Below, piece by piece: positions 1 through 10,900 of a stretch of 64,000 nt of DNA. The notes beneath the pieces are model-generated. The model made no database searches and was not told the origin of the DNA. It saw only the letters and a program-made list of their open reading frames with translations. Positions within the stretch are counted from its first letter, which is position 1; the number at the start of each line of letters is the position of its first letter. The position numbers and the translations under genes were made by a program. Where the stretch lies: NCBI RefSeq assembly GCF_988243305.1, contig NZ_OZ547136.1, one strand, 5' to 3'.

Positions 1-741
1 TGCGACCACATAGCGCCCCGGCGGCATGGCGCATAATTTGTCCCGCCAGGCGAGATTTCGCTGATGCATCAGCACATCGTACAGCGATTGACTGAACGTA
101 TTAGGCAGCGTTATTTCATTATTTTGCGGCGGCGCATTCAGCCACCAGCTCATCATTTGTTGCAGCAACCGTGCATTGGTGTGCCAGTGGGTCAGCGTAT
201 CGTCCAGCAGTGCCAGTCCGTTGTCAGGGAGCTGGAGCAACATGGCAATCTGGTTTTCAGCCCCTTCCAGTTCAATCACGGGTTTATGTTGTTGCTTCGC
301 CGCCTGCAATAGCTGGTAATCGATACCGTATTCTGCCCGCAGCCCCAGTTTTTGTGCCTGCGTCGCCTGAAGAACCATCGCGATTTGCCACAGCGGTTGG
401 GTAGAAAAGAGTGAGGTAGAAATGCCCATCTCCTGGCTAATGTGCTGCAGGTTTTGGAGTTGCTCCTCGCTAATGCGCTCTTCCAGCGCCTCGCAGGCAG
501 GCAAATTAGCAAAAGGCGTATCGCTGGTGGAAACATCCGCCTCGACGATCAGCGCATCGGCGTTTTTGAGCTTTTTGAGCAAACGGGTGGGCAGGGGAGC
601 CATATCGTGGCTGCCCATATGAATACTGCCGAGCAGATGAAAATGGCGATTGCCGGGAAGAGAGATATCGATAGCAGGCCAGGTGTAATGATTACCGTGC
701 AGCGCGGCCCAAAGCGTTTTTACCCGGTACAACAGATCCAT
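1..741 (-). CDS. ybaP: TraB-family protein YbaP, N-terminal part (runs off the window edge)
   Basis: Manual translation of the minus strand from ATG at 741..739 gives an open frame to position 1 (MDLLYRVKTLWAALHGNHYTWPAIDISLPGNRHFHLLGSIHMGSHD...), matching recalled E. coli YbaP. Not in the ORF track because no stop lies inside the window. SD-like GGAGG a few nt upstream. Confidence 0.8.
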   Translation of the reverse strand, partial: MDLLYRVKTLWAALHGNHYTWPAIDISLPGNRHFHLLGSIHMGSHDMAPLPTRLLKKLKNADALIVEADVSTSDTPFANLPACEALEERISEEQLQNLQHISQEMGISTSLFSTQPLWQIAMVLQATQAQKLGLRAEYGIDYQLLQAAKQQHKPVIELEGAENQIAMLLQLPDNGLALLDDTLTHWHTNARLLQQMMSWWLNAPPQNNEITLPNTFSQSLYDVLMHQRNLAWRDKLCAMPPGRYVVA

Positions 742-1169
742 ACGACCTCCCTTTGTGAAATATCATGCTAGCGCGCGGGGAGGGATGGCGCAAATGGAGT
801 TATGAGGCTTGTTCAGTGGTAGCTTAAATATGATCGAAAAATTGTTTTTGCTTTGAAACGAAAGACTGCACCGGTGTTGGTGGCGTCAAAATCGCCGAGG
901 CGTTCCCTGAAGGCCGGGGCAGCCCACATGGATGTGGGCTGAGGGCGCGTTTTACAGGGATGTTACCTCGCGCCCGACCCGGTAGCCGCAAGGGATAAGC
1001 TGAGGGTACCGCGCAGCGGCGATTTTGTTCGCCAGAGCCCGGGGGTGCAGGGGGCGGCGGCGATTGGCCGCCCCCTGCGCGCTCCCTGCGCCAGTCACTT
1101 TATATGGCATGACTCATAAAAGGAGCGCAACAAGAACTGGATCTCACAAACGCATTAAGTAAATACCAA

Positions 1170-3674
1170 TCATTCCTTCGGTTTAAACCGCAGCAACCGG
1201 TTGGCGTTACTCACTACGGTAATCGACGAGAGCGCCATTGCCGCTCCGGCAACCACCGGGTTAAGCAGTGTTCCAGTGAACGGCCACAAAATACCGGCGG
1301 CGACCGGAATACCAATGCTGTTGTAGATAAACGCACCGAGCAGGTTCTGCTTCATATTGCGCAGCGTTGCGCGGGAAATCGCGAGCGCATCTGCAACACC
1401 CATCAGGCTATGGCGCATCAGGGTAATCGCCGCGGTTTCAATGGCAACATCACTGCCGCCACCCATCGCAATACCGACATCCGCCTGGGCCAGCGCTGGC
1501 GCGTCGTTAATGCCGTCGCCCACCATTGCCACCTGACGTCCTTCACTTTGCAGACGTTTGATCGCTTCGGCTTTACCGTCCGGCAGCACCCCGGCGATCA
1601 CCTCATCAATCCCTGCTTCTTTGGCGATCGCATTGGCGGTGGTTGGGTTATCCCCGGTTAGCATCACCAGACGATATCCCGCTTTATGCAGGCGTTGCAG
1701 CGCCGCCACGCTATCACTACGCAACGGATCGCGTACTGCCAGCAAGGCCACCGCTTTCCCGTCAACCGCCAGCAGCACAGGCGTTGCCCCTTGCGATGCC
1801 TGAGCTGAAATATCTGCCTCAATCGCTTTAGTATCAACTTGCTGGTCATTTAACAGCGCCTGATTGCCCAGCAATACCGCATGACCTTCAGCTTCACCGC
1901 TCACACCCAGCCCGCGCAATGTGCGGAAACCGTTGACCTGCGGTAGCTGCATATCACCTGCTTTATCGAGGATCGCCCGTGCCAGCGGGTGGCTGGAACC
2001 TTGCTCCAGCGCCGCCGCCAGACGCAATGCTTGCGCTTCATCAACATCAGCAAATGTTTTTACTGCGACAACCTGCGGCTTCCCTTCGGTCAGCGTCCCG
2101 GTTTTATCGAACACCACGGTGTCGAGCGTACTGGCGCGTTGCAGCGCGTCGGCGTCCCGCACCAGCACACCAAACTCAGCCGCCCGCCCGACGCCCGAAA
2201 TAATCGACATCGGCGTCGCCAGTCCCAGCGCACACGGACAGGCGATAATCAGCACCGTGGTGGCAATCACCAGGGTATAGACAATCTGCGGTGCCGGACC
2301 AAAGAAATACCAGATTGCCGCACTGATCAGCGCAATGACTACCACCACCGGCACAAACACAGCGGAGATTTTATCCGCCAGTTGACCGATTTCTGGCTTG
2401 CTGCTCTGGGCCTGGCGCACCATGCGAATGATCCGTGACAGCGTAGTATGGCTGCCGACCGCACTGGCACGAAACAGCACACTGCCGTCCTGTACCACTG
2501 TCCCGGCATGGACGCTATCGCCTTCGCCTTTTTGCTGCGGGATAGGTTCGCCCGTCAGCATCGCTTCATCCAGCCACGCTTCGCCTTGAGTAATCTCACC
2601 ATCTACCGGCACACGGTCGCCGGTCGTCAGGCGCAGTAACATACCTGGCTGAACATCTGCCAGCGGCACGTTTTTTTCACCTTCGTCGGTGACCAGGCGC
2701 GCCGTCGGTGGGGTTAAATCGAGTAATTTCTCCAGCGCCTTAGAAGAACGCTGACGCGCGCGCGCTTCCAGCATATGGCCGAGATTGATCAGACCGATAA
2801 TCATCGCGCTGGCTTCGTAATAAAGATGTCGCGCTTCCATCGGGAACCACTGCGGCCACAGGTTGACGCTCATCGAATAGAGCCACGCCACGCCAGTACC
2901 TAGCGCCACCAGCGTATCCATCGTCGCTGCACCGTTCAGCAGGCTTTTCCATGCGCTGCGGTAAAAATGCCCGCCGGCGAAAACCATTACCGCCAGGGTT
3001 ATCAGGCCGATAACCAACCACAAGCTGCGGTTGTCAGCGGTGACCATCATGTTATCGCCGATCATCCCCCAGACCATCACCGGGATACCCACCGCCAGTG
3101 CGACAATTGCCTGCCAGCGGAAGCGCTTCATCGTAGCGACTGCGGTTTCCTGCTGGCGCTCGCGGCGTTTAGCGTCATCTTCAATCGCTTCCGCGCCGTA
3201 GCCCGCTTTTTCCACCGCCTGCACTAAATCTTGTGGGGAGGCACTGCCCATCACCAGCGCAGTACGCTCCGCCAGGTTTACCCGTGCCTGAGTGACGCCC
3301 GGTACGCTTTGCAGCGCATTTTGTACGCGGGTGACACAGCTGGCGCAGCTCATGCCGCTCAGCAGCAACTGCTGGCTGTCATCGTCATCGGCGGTCGCTG
3401 CCGGAAGCGCCTCAGAAACCGCTGTCAGTGCTTCCGACGGGATTGATGACTCCGCCAGCGGTTTAGCCTTTGGGTGGCTTACAGATGCGTCATAACCCGC
3501 TTGTTTGATGGTTTCGATCAACTGTTCTGCACTGGCAGTCCCGGTAACGTGCGCTTCAGTGACAGACACATCCGCCTGCTCAACATCCGGGCGCTGTTCG
3601 AGACTTTCTTTCACGCGTTTAACGCAGTGACCGCAGGACAGGCCGTCCAGGGTCAGGTCGATAGTTTGTGACAT
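1170..3674 (-). CDS. copA: Cu(I)-translocating P-type ATPase CopA
   Basis: 834-aa ORF with two N-terminal CxxC metal-binding motifs ([16 protein letters not shown]), CPC transmembrane motif, DKTGTLT phosphorylation motif, GDGINDAP; same length as K-12 CopA. Confidence 0.96.
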   Translation of the reverse strand: MSQTIDLTLDGLSCGHCVKRVKESLEQRPDVEQADVSVTEAHVTGTASAEQLIETIKQAGYDASVSHPKAKPLAESSIPSEALTAVSEALPAATADDDDSQQLLLSGMSCASCVTRVQNALQSVPGVTQARVNLAERTALVMGSASPQDLVQAVEKAGYGAEAIEDDAKRRERQQETAVATMKRFRWQAIVALAVGIPVMVWGMIGDNMMVTADNRSLWLVIGLITLAVMVFAGGHFYRSAWKSLLNGAATMDTLVALGTGVAWLYSMSVNLWPQWFPMEARHLYYEASAMIIGLINLGHMLEARARQRSSKALEKLLDLTPPTARLVTDEGEKNVPLADVQPGMLLRLTTGDRVPVDGEITQGEAWLDEAMLTGEPIPQQKGEGDSVHAGTVVQDGSVLFRASAVGSHTTLSRIIRMVRQAQSSKPEIGQLADKISAVFVPVVVVIALISAAIWYFFGPAPQIVYTLVIATTVLIIACPCALGLATPMSIISGVGRAAEFGVLVRDADALQRASTLDTVVFDKTGTLTEGKPQVVAVKTFADVDEAQALRLAAALEQGSSHPLARAILDKAGDMQLPQVNGFRTLRGLGVSGEAEGHAVLLGNQALLNDQQVDTKAIEADISAQASQGATPVLLAVDGKAVALLAVRDPLRSDSVAALQRLHKAGYRLVMLTGDNPTTANAIAKEAGIDEVIAGVLPDGKAEAIKRLQSEGRQVAMVGDGINDAPALAQADVGIAMGGGSDVAIETAAITLMRHSLMGVADALAISRATLRNMKQNLLGAFIYNSIGIPVAAGILWPFTGTLLNPVVAGAAMALSSITVVSNANRLLRFKPKE

Positions 3675-3714
3675 AAAACACTCCTTTTAAGACAGTTTTG
3701 ACTGGCTGTGATAA

Positions 3715-3745
3715 AGGTTAAACCTTCCAGCAAGGGGAAGGTCAA
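3715..3745 (-). promoter_or_regulatory. copA promoter with CueR operator (dyad CCTTCC-N7-GGAAGG inside a 19-bp -35/-10 spacer)
   Basis: Plus-strand aaCCTTCCagcaaggGGAAGGtcaag about 50 nt upstream of the copA start; on the copA strand it reads TTGACC-19 bp-TAACCT, the MerR-type long-spacer architecture known for PcopA. Confidence 0.8.
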
Positions 3746-3936
3746 GAAATTAATAAACCAGGCGGGTAAAAGTCCGTAAAGATTAAAAAATCGGCTCGAT
3801 TTGCATCAGGATTAGACATTTATCTCTTTGTTTTCCTGTAGTTAAGTTGCGGGTGCTAAGTTAAATCAGGATGCCTGAAAATCGGCACCGGGGTGAGGAA
3901 TTACCTCCCGCATCTATAAAAAGGAGTTAACAAAAG

Positions 3937-4869
3937 ATGTTAGATGCAAACAAATTACAGCAGGCAGTGGATCAGGCTTACACCCAATTTCACTCACTTA
4001 ACGGCGGACAAAATGCCGACTACATTCCCTTTCTGGCGAATGTACCTGGTCAACTGGCAGCAGTGGCTATTGTGACCTGCGATGGCAACATCTATCGCGC
4101 GGGTGATAGTGATTACCGCTTTGCGCTGGAATCCATCTCGAAAGTCTGTACGTTAGCCCTTGCGTTAGAAGATGTCGGCCCGCAGGCGGTACAGGACAAA
4201 GTTGGCGCTGACCCGACCGGATTGCCCTTTAACTCAGTTATCGCCTTAGAGTTGCATGGCGGCAAACCGCTGTCGCCACTGGTAAATGCTGGCGCTATTG
4301 CCACCACCAGCCTGATTAACGCTGAAAATGCCGAACAACGCTGGCAGCGAATTTTACATATCCAACAACAACTGGCTGGTGAGCAGGTAGCGCTCTCTGA
4401 CGAAGTAAACCAGTCGGAACAAACAACCAACTTCCATAACCGGGCCATTGCCTGGCTGCTGTACTCCGCCGGATATCTCTATTGTGATGCAATGGAAGCC
4501 TGTGACGTGTACACCCGTCAGTGCTCCACGCTCATCAATACTGTTGAACTGGCAACGCTTGGCGCGACGCTGGCGGCGGGTGGTGTGAATCCGCTGACTC
4601 ATAAACGCGTTCTTCAGGCCGACAACGTGCCGTACATTCTGGCTGAAATGATGATGGAAGGGCTGTATGGTCGCTCCGGTGACTGGGCGTATCGCGTTGG
4701 TTTACCGGGCAAAAGCGGTGTAGGTGGCGGTATTCTGGCGGTCGTCCCTGGCGTGATGGGAATTGCCGCGTTCTCACCACCGCTGGACGAAGAAGGCAAC
4801 AGTGTTCGCGGTCAAAAAATGGTGGCATCGGTCGCTAAGCAACTCGGCTATAACGTGTTTAAGGGCTGA
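3937..4869 (+). CDS. glsA: Glutaminase 1
   Basis: 310-aa ORF, serine-dependent glutaminase family; matches recalled K-12 GlsA1 (YbaS) in length and position after copA. Confidence 0.93.
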   Translation: MLDANKLQQAVDQAYTQFHSLNGGQNADYIPFLANVPGQLAAVAIVTCDGNIYRAGDSDYRFALESISKVCTLALALEDVGPQAVQDKVGADPTGLPFNSVIALELHGGKPLSPLVNAGAIATTSLINAENAEQRWQRILHIQQQLAGEQVALSDEVNQSEQTTNFHNRAIAWLLYSAGYLYCDAMEACDVYTRQCSTLINTVELATLGATLAAGGVNPLTHKRVLQADNVPYILAEMMMEGLYGRSGDWAYRVGLPGKSGVGGGILAVVPGVMGIAAFSPPLDEEGNSVRGQKMVASVAKQLGYNVFKG

Positions 4870-4871
4870 TC

Positions 4872-6164
4872 ATGATGAACACGGAAGGTAATAACGGTAA
4901 CAAACCCCTCGGTCTATGGAACGTCGTTTCCATCGGCATTGGGGCAATGGTGGGGGCGGGGATCTTCGCGCTGCTGGGGCAGGCTGCGTTGCTAATGGAA
5001 GCCTCGACCTGGGTCGCCTTTGCTTTTGGCGGTATTGTGGCGATGTTTTCCGGTTATGCCTATGCGCGCCTGGGGGCGAGCTATCCCAGCAATGGCGGTA
5101 TTATCGACTTCTTTCGTCGCGGATTAGGCAACGGCGTCTTTTCGCTGGCACTCTCGTTATTGTACCTGTTGACGCTGGCGGTGAGCATCGCCATGGTCGC
5201 CCGTGCTTTTGGCGCTTATGCCGTGCAGTTTTTGCATGAAGGCAGTCAGGAGGAGCACCTTATATTGCTCTACGCGTTGGGGATCATTGCGGTGATGACG
5301 CTTTTCAACTCCTTAAGCAACCATGCGGTAGGGCGGCTGGAAGTGATCCTCGTCGGCATTAAAATGATGATCCTGTTATTGCTGATCATTGCAGGTGTCT
5401 GGTCGCTGCAACCGGCGCATATTTCCGTCTCTGCGCCCCCCAGCTCCGGTGCGTTCTTCTCCTGTATCGGGATAACCTTCCTTGCCTATGCGGGCTTTGG
5501 CATGATGGCGAACGCGGCGGATAAAGTGAAAGATCCGCAGATCATTATGCCACGGGCGTTTCTGGTGGCGATTGGCGTTACCACGTTGCTTTATATCTCG
5601 CTGGCGCTGGTTTTGCTTAGCGATGTATCGGCATTAGAGTTAGAAAAATATGCCGATACCGCCGTAGCGCAGGCAGCTTCTCCGCTGCTCGGGCATGTGG
5701 GTTATGTGATCGTCGTCATCGGCGCTTTACTGGCGACGGCTTCAGCCATCAACGCGAACCTGTTCGCCGTGTTTAACATCATGGACAACATGGGCAGCGA
5801 ACGCGAACTGCCGAAGCTAATGAATAAATCCCTGTGGCGGCAGAGTACCTGGGGCAACATCATTGTCGTGGTGCTGATTATGCTGATGACGGCGGCGCTG
5901 AATTTAGGCTCACTCGCCAGCGTTGCCAGCGCCACCTTTTTGATCTGCTATCTGGCGGTGTTTGTGGTGGCGATCCGCCTGCGTCATGATATTCACGCCT
6001 CGTTGCCGATTCTTATCGTTGGTACGTTGGTGATGTTGTTGGTGATCGTTGGCTTTATCTACAGCCTGTGGTCCCAAGGCAGCCGTGCGTTGATATGGAT
6101 TATTGGTGCAATCTTACTCAGCCTTATTGTGGCAATGGTCATGAAGCGCAATAAAACCGTATAA
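4872..6164 (+). CDS. ybaT: APC-family amino acid transporter YbaT
   Basis: 430-aa polytopic membrane protein starting 3 nt after glsA; matches K-12 YbaT length and synteny. Confidence 0.92.
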   Translation: MMNTEGNNGNKPLGLWNVVSIGIGAMVGAGIFALLGQAALLMEASTWVAFAFGGIVAMFSGYAYARLGASYPSNGGIIDFFRRGLGNGVFSLALSLLYLLTLAVSIAMVARAFGAYAVQFLHEGSQEEHLILLYALGIIAVMTLFNSLSNHAVGRLEVILVGIKMMILLLLIIAGVWSLQPAHISVSAPPSSGAFFSCIGITFLAYAGFGMMANAADKVKDPQIIMPRAFLVAIGVTTLLYISLALVLLSDVSALELEKYADTAVAQAASPLLGHVGYVIVVIGALLATASAINANLFAVFNIMDNMGSERELPKLMNKSLWRQSTWGNIIVVVLIMLMTAALNLGSLASVASATFLICYLAVFVVAIRLRHDIHASLPILIVGTLVMLLVIVGFIYSLWSQGSRALIWIIGAILLSLIVAMVMKRNKTV

Positions 6165-6175
6165 CACCTCTCTGC

Positions 6176-6208
6176 GCGCAGTACTGCCTGTACTGCGCCT
6201 TTGTCTTT
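6176..6208 (+). terminator. Putative rho-independent terminator downstream of ybaT
   Basis: Inverted repeat gcgcagta / tactgcgc with a 7-nt loop, followed by a T-rich run (cctttgtcttt), immediately after the ybaT stop. Coordinates approximate. Confidence 0.55.
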
Positions 6209-6501
6209 AATTCAAATTACCTTTCTTATTCCTTTAATAAATAAGTCACAAAAAAATGATATATACGCGATAAATCTGTGATGCTAATCACTTATTACCG
6301 TGGATTATTCTTAATGTGTATGATGGTAATCTAATAGTCGTAGTGTATTCTAAATAAATAACGTATAAGCTTTTTAGCTGCATTTCTTTGCCCATATCAA
6401 TGATCAACAAAAGAGATGCACAAGTTATTACCCTTCTTAATAAAATGAGATTGGTTATAAAAACCAGTTAAAATAATGACCTGGAAGGAAGTGACTTATC
6501 T

Positions 6502-7857
6502 ATGGCGCGATTCCAGTTTAAAAACCGTAAAAATAATGGACTTATTTTTTTTATAAGTTTTATGGTGATGGGAGAAGCTGCAATTGCTGCACCGCTGCCA
6601 CAATGGGCGAATGCCCCAGCGGTAACGCCAGTTGCCCAATTATCTTTACAGGAAAGTATATTACGCGCCTTTGCGCGAAATCCCGACGTCACTCAACAGG
6701 CGGCGCAGATAGGCATTGGCGAAGCGCAAATTGATGAAGCCAAAAGTGCCTGGTATCCGCACGTTGGATTAACCGGCAACGCGGGGCCGTCCCGACAAAC
6801 GGACTCCAGCGGCAGGCTTGATAACAACGTTTCGTATGGCATAACCCTGACACAACTGGTGTATGACTTTGGTAAAACTAACAACGATATCAATCTGCAA
6901 ACTGCCGCCCGTGACAGCTACCGCTTTAAATTGATGGCAACCTTAACCGATGTTGCAGAGAAAACGGCGACTGCCTATATGGAAGTCAGTCGTTATCAGG
7001 CTTTGTGCGATGCGGCTCAACGCAATATTCACTCGCTGGAAAACGTCTACAACATGGCGGCATTGCGCGCTAACGCAGGCCTGAACTCATCGTCGGATGA
7101 ATTACAGGCCCAGACGCGTATTGCCGGAATGCGCTCAACGCTGGAGCAATATCAGGCGCAGATGGAGAGCGCCAAAGCGCAACTGGCAGTGCTCACTGGC
7201 GTACAGCCGGAGGCGATAGCCGCGCCACCTGCTGAATTAGCCGAGCAGCCGGTATCGCTGAAAAATATTGATTACCAGTCCATCCCGCTGGTGCTGGCGG
7301 CAGAAAACTTACGCCAGTCAGCACAGTACGGCGTGGAAAAAACGAAAGCGCAATACTGGCCAACGCTCAGTATTCAGGGGGGTAAAACGCGCTACCAGAC
7401 CAGCGACCGCTCGTATTGGGATGATCAGCTACAACTGAACGTTAACGCGCCGCTGTATCAGGGCGGCGCGGTTTCTGCCCAGGTGCAACAGGCCGAAGGG
7501 CAACAAAAAATCTCTGCCTCGCAGGTCGAACAGGCAAAACAGGATGTGCTGCAACGAGCGTCTGTGGCATATGCCAACTGGACAGGCGCACGGGGTCGCG
7601 AAGAAGCCGGTTTAGCACAATCCGAAAGTGCGCACAAAACGCGAGATGTGTACCAAAATGAATATAAATTGGGTAAACGCAGTCTGAATGATCTATTAAC
7701 CGTCGAGCAAGATGTCTTTCAGGCGCAATCGGCTGAAATAAATGCCAATTATGATGGCTGGGTCGCCGCCGTAAATTATGCCGCTGCGGTGAATAACCTT
7801 ATTCCATTAGCGGGAATTAAACAGGGCTTATACAACGACTTACCCGACTTGAAATAA
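6502..7857 (+). CDS. TolC-family outer membrane efflux protein, dedicated T1SS outer-membrane component (LapE-like)
   Basis: 451-aa ORF with N-terminal signal peptide, TolC-like size and internally repeated coiled-coil organisation; sits directly upstream of the giant adhesin and the ABC/MFP pair. The true start may be an internal Met. Confidence 0.75.
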   Translation: MARFQFKNRKNNGLIFFISFMVMGEAAIAAPLPQWANAPAVTPVAQLSLQESILRAFARNPDVTQQAAQIGIGEAQIDEAKSAWYPHVGLTGNAGPSRQTDSSGRLDNNVSYGITLTQLVYDFGKTNNDINLQTAARDSYRFKLMATLTDVAEKTATAYMEVSRYQALCDAAQRNIHSLENVYNMAALRANAGLNSSSDELQAQTRIAGMRSTLEQYQAQMESAKAQLAVLTGVQPEAIAAPPAELAEQPVSLKNIDYQSIPLVLAAENLRQSAQYGVEKTKAQYWPTLSIQGGKTRYQTSDRSYWDDQLQLNVNAPLYQGGAVSAQVQQAEGQQKISASQVEQAKQDVLQRASVAYANWTGARGREEAGLAQSESAHKTRDVYQNEYKLGKRSLNDLLTVEQDVFQAQSAEINANYDGWVAAVNYAAAVNNLIPLAGIKQGLYNDLPDLK

Positions 7858-7965
7858 TCCTGCCATTATTAATATCAGGTATGCCTCGTTGTTAAGTGAT
7901 TACCTTTGTCTTATTTAGATAAATGGACTCGCTAAGGATGTGCGCCATTTATCAGGAATGCCATT

Positions 7966-10900
7966 ATGAGCCTGATTATTGATGTTATTTCGCGTAAAAC
8001 ATCCGTCAAACAAACGCTGATTAATCCTGGCGACGTCACGGTTGTTATTTATGAGCCTTCCGTGGTGCAGGTTCATGCTCAGGCCTCTGCCGTTGCGCGT
8101 TACGTCCGTGAAGGAAATGACCTGCTGATCTATATGCAGGACGGCACGGTGATCCGCTGCAACGGTTATTTCCTGCAAGCGGCGAATACCGCTGAACAAT
8201 CGGAACTGGTGTTTGCCGATGGACAACAGCTCACCCACGTCACCTTTGCCGATACTGCTGCGGGTGGATTAGCCCCCGTAGAACTGACTGCCCAGACCAC
8301 CGCGATTGAAAGCATTGCGCCATTTCTTGATACCGTTGCTCAGACCAGCACCTTCCCGTGGGGATGGCTGGCGGGGGCGGCGGTAGGCGGTGGCGCGCTT
8401 GGTGCACTGCTGGCAAGCGGTGGCGATGGCGACTCGAAAACGGAAGTGATTAATAACCCTACGCCACCCGCTGAGCCTGGCAACGCCACTCCATCATTTT
8501 TAGTTACCGATAATCAGGGCGATCAGCGCGGCATTCTCGCCACCAATGACATCACCGATGATACCACGCCAACCTTTAGCGGCAGCGGGCAGGCGGGGGC
8601 GACTATTCAGATTAAAGACAGTAACGGCAATACTATTGCCAGTACTCAGGTAGACAACAACGGTCAGTGGAGTGTCTCGTTACCCACGCAAAGTGCAGGT
8701 GAACATACCTGGTCAGTGGTGCAAATTGTCGGCAGTACCATCACTGACGCCGGTTCGATAACGTTAACCATCGACAATAGTCAGGCCAGCGTGCAGGTTG
8801 CCACCACCGCAGGCGATAACATTATTAACGCCAGCGAACAGGCCGCCGGGTTTACGCTTTCTGGCACCAGTAGCCATCTGGCGCAGGGAACAGAACTCAC
8901 CGTCACGCTAAACGGCAAAACCTACACCACAACTGTAGGGGCTAACGGTGCCTGGAGCGTGCAGGTGCCGACCGCCGATGCACAGGCGTTAGGCGAAGGG
9001 AATCAGGCGGTGCTGGTCAGTGGGAAAGACGCCACAGGCAATACCGTCACCGGCGCGCAGCTGCTAACGGTCGATACCCAACCGCCAACGCTTGCCATCA
9101 ACACCATCGCTCAGGACAACATCATCAGTGCTGCGGAACATAACGTCGCGCTGGTACTGAGCGGCACGTCGAATGCAGAAGCGGGGCAAACCGTAACACT
9201 GACCGTCAACGGGAAAAGCCATACAGCAACCGTCGGTAGCGACGGAACCTGGCAAGTGACGCTGCCTGCCACGGAAGTCCAGGCACTGGCGGAGGGTAAT
9301 TACGCTGTCAATGCCAGTGTCAGCGATCGGGCAGGGAACAGCACCAGCCACAGCGCGAATTTCACGGTAGACACCTCAGCACCCGTGGTCAGTGTTAATA
9401 CCGTGGCGGGCGACGATATTCTTAATAATGCCGAGCAGGCCGTCGCGCAGATCATCTCCGGACAAGTTAGCGGTGCTTCTCCTGGCGATACGGTAACGGT
9501 GAAATTGGGCACTCATGTCCTGACGGGCATCGTGCTGGCAGATGGCAGCTGGAATGTGGCGCTGGACCCGGCGGTAACCCGCACGCTGGATCGCGGAGCC
9601 AATACGATTTTCGTCACCGTGACAGATGCTGCAGGAAATACCGGCGCGGCGTCTCGGGCAATCACGCTGGTCGGTGTTTCTCCGTTGATCACCATTAACA
9701 CCGTCTCCGGCGATGACATTATCAGTGGCGCAGAAAAAGGTGCGCCACTGACCCTTAGCGGTAGCACTCAACAGGCCGAGACAGGACAAACCGTCACAGT
9801 AACCCTGGCTGGACAGAGTTTTACCACTACCGTGCAGGCTGATGGCTCCTGGAGTCTGACGGTACCTGCCGCCGCGATGGGAAATCTGCCTGACGGCGCG
9901 GTGGCGATTACCGCTTCTGTGACGGATCTCAGCGGCAATACCGGCAACACTTCCCGCACCATTACCGTCGATAGCCAGGCCCCGGCCTTAAGCATCGATC
10001 CACTGACCGCTGATAACATCATCAACGCCGCCGAAAGCGGGCAGGATCTGCCCATCACCGGCACCACCGATGCCCAGCCGGGGCAAACGGTGACGGTTAC
10101 GCTCAATGGGCAAACCTATCAGGGCATCGTGCAGTCAGACGGCACCTGGAGCGTGACCGTTCCCGCCGCCAATGTTGACGCACTGGCTGACGGCAACGCC
10201 ACGGTCACCGCCAGCGTGAACGATGTCGCCGGTAACCCGACCAGCGTTTCACGCGTGGCGCTGGTGGATGCCACGCCTCCGGTGGTGACCATTAATCCGG
10301 TGGCGACCGATAACGTCATCAACACGCCGGAACACACCCAGGCGCAAATCATCAGTGGCACGGTTACTGGCGCGCAGGCGGGCGATATTGTCACCGTTAC
10401 GTTAAATAATTCCGATTACACCACGGTGGTGGACGGTTCCGGCAACTGGAGTCTGGGTGTTCCGGCTTCCGTTGTCAGCGGACTGGTGGATGGCAGTTAT
10501 CCTGTCAGCGTCTCGGTAACCGACAAAGCCGGAAACACGGGCAGCCAGTCGCTGACCGTCACGGTCAATACCGCCGCGCCCCTTATCGGCATTAACAGCA
10601 TTGCGGGCGATGATGTGATTAACGCCAGCGAAAAAGGGGCCGATCTCCAGATCACCGGCACCAGCGATCAGCCTGTTAATACCGCCATCACCGTAACGCT
10701 GAACGGGCAAAATTACACCACTACAACCGACGCCTCCGGCAACTGGAGCGTCACCGTTCCGGCATCGGCGGTAACCGCACTGGGTCAGGCCAACTACACG
10801 GTAACAGCGGCGGTGACCAATAGTATCGGCAACAGCAACACCGCCAGCCATAACGTGCTGGTCGACAGCGCGCTGCCCGGCGTGACCATTAACCCGGTGG

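Noticed and set aside
1410..3671. Plus-strand ORFs antisense to copA (e.g. 1989..2438 149 aa, 1921..2280 119 aa, 2967..3227 86 aa).
   Set aside because: They are fully embedded in the well-supported copA coding region on the opposite strand and have Arg/Pro-rich low-complexity translations typical of antisense frames.
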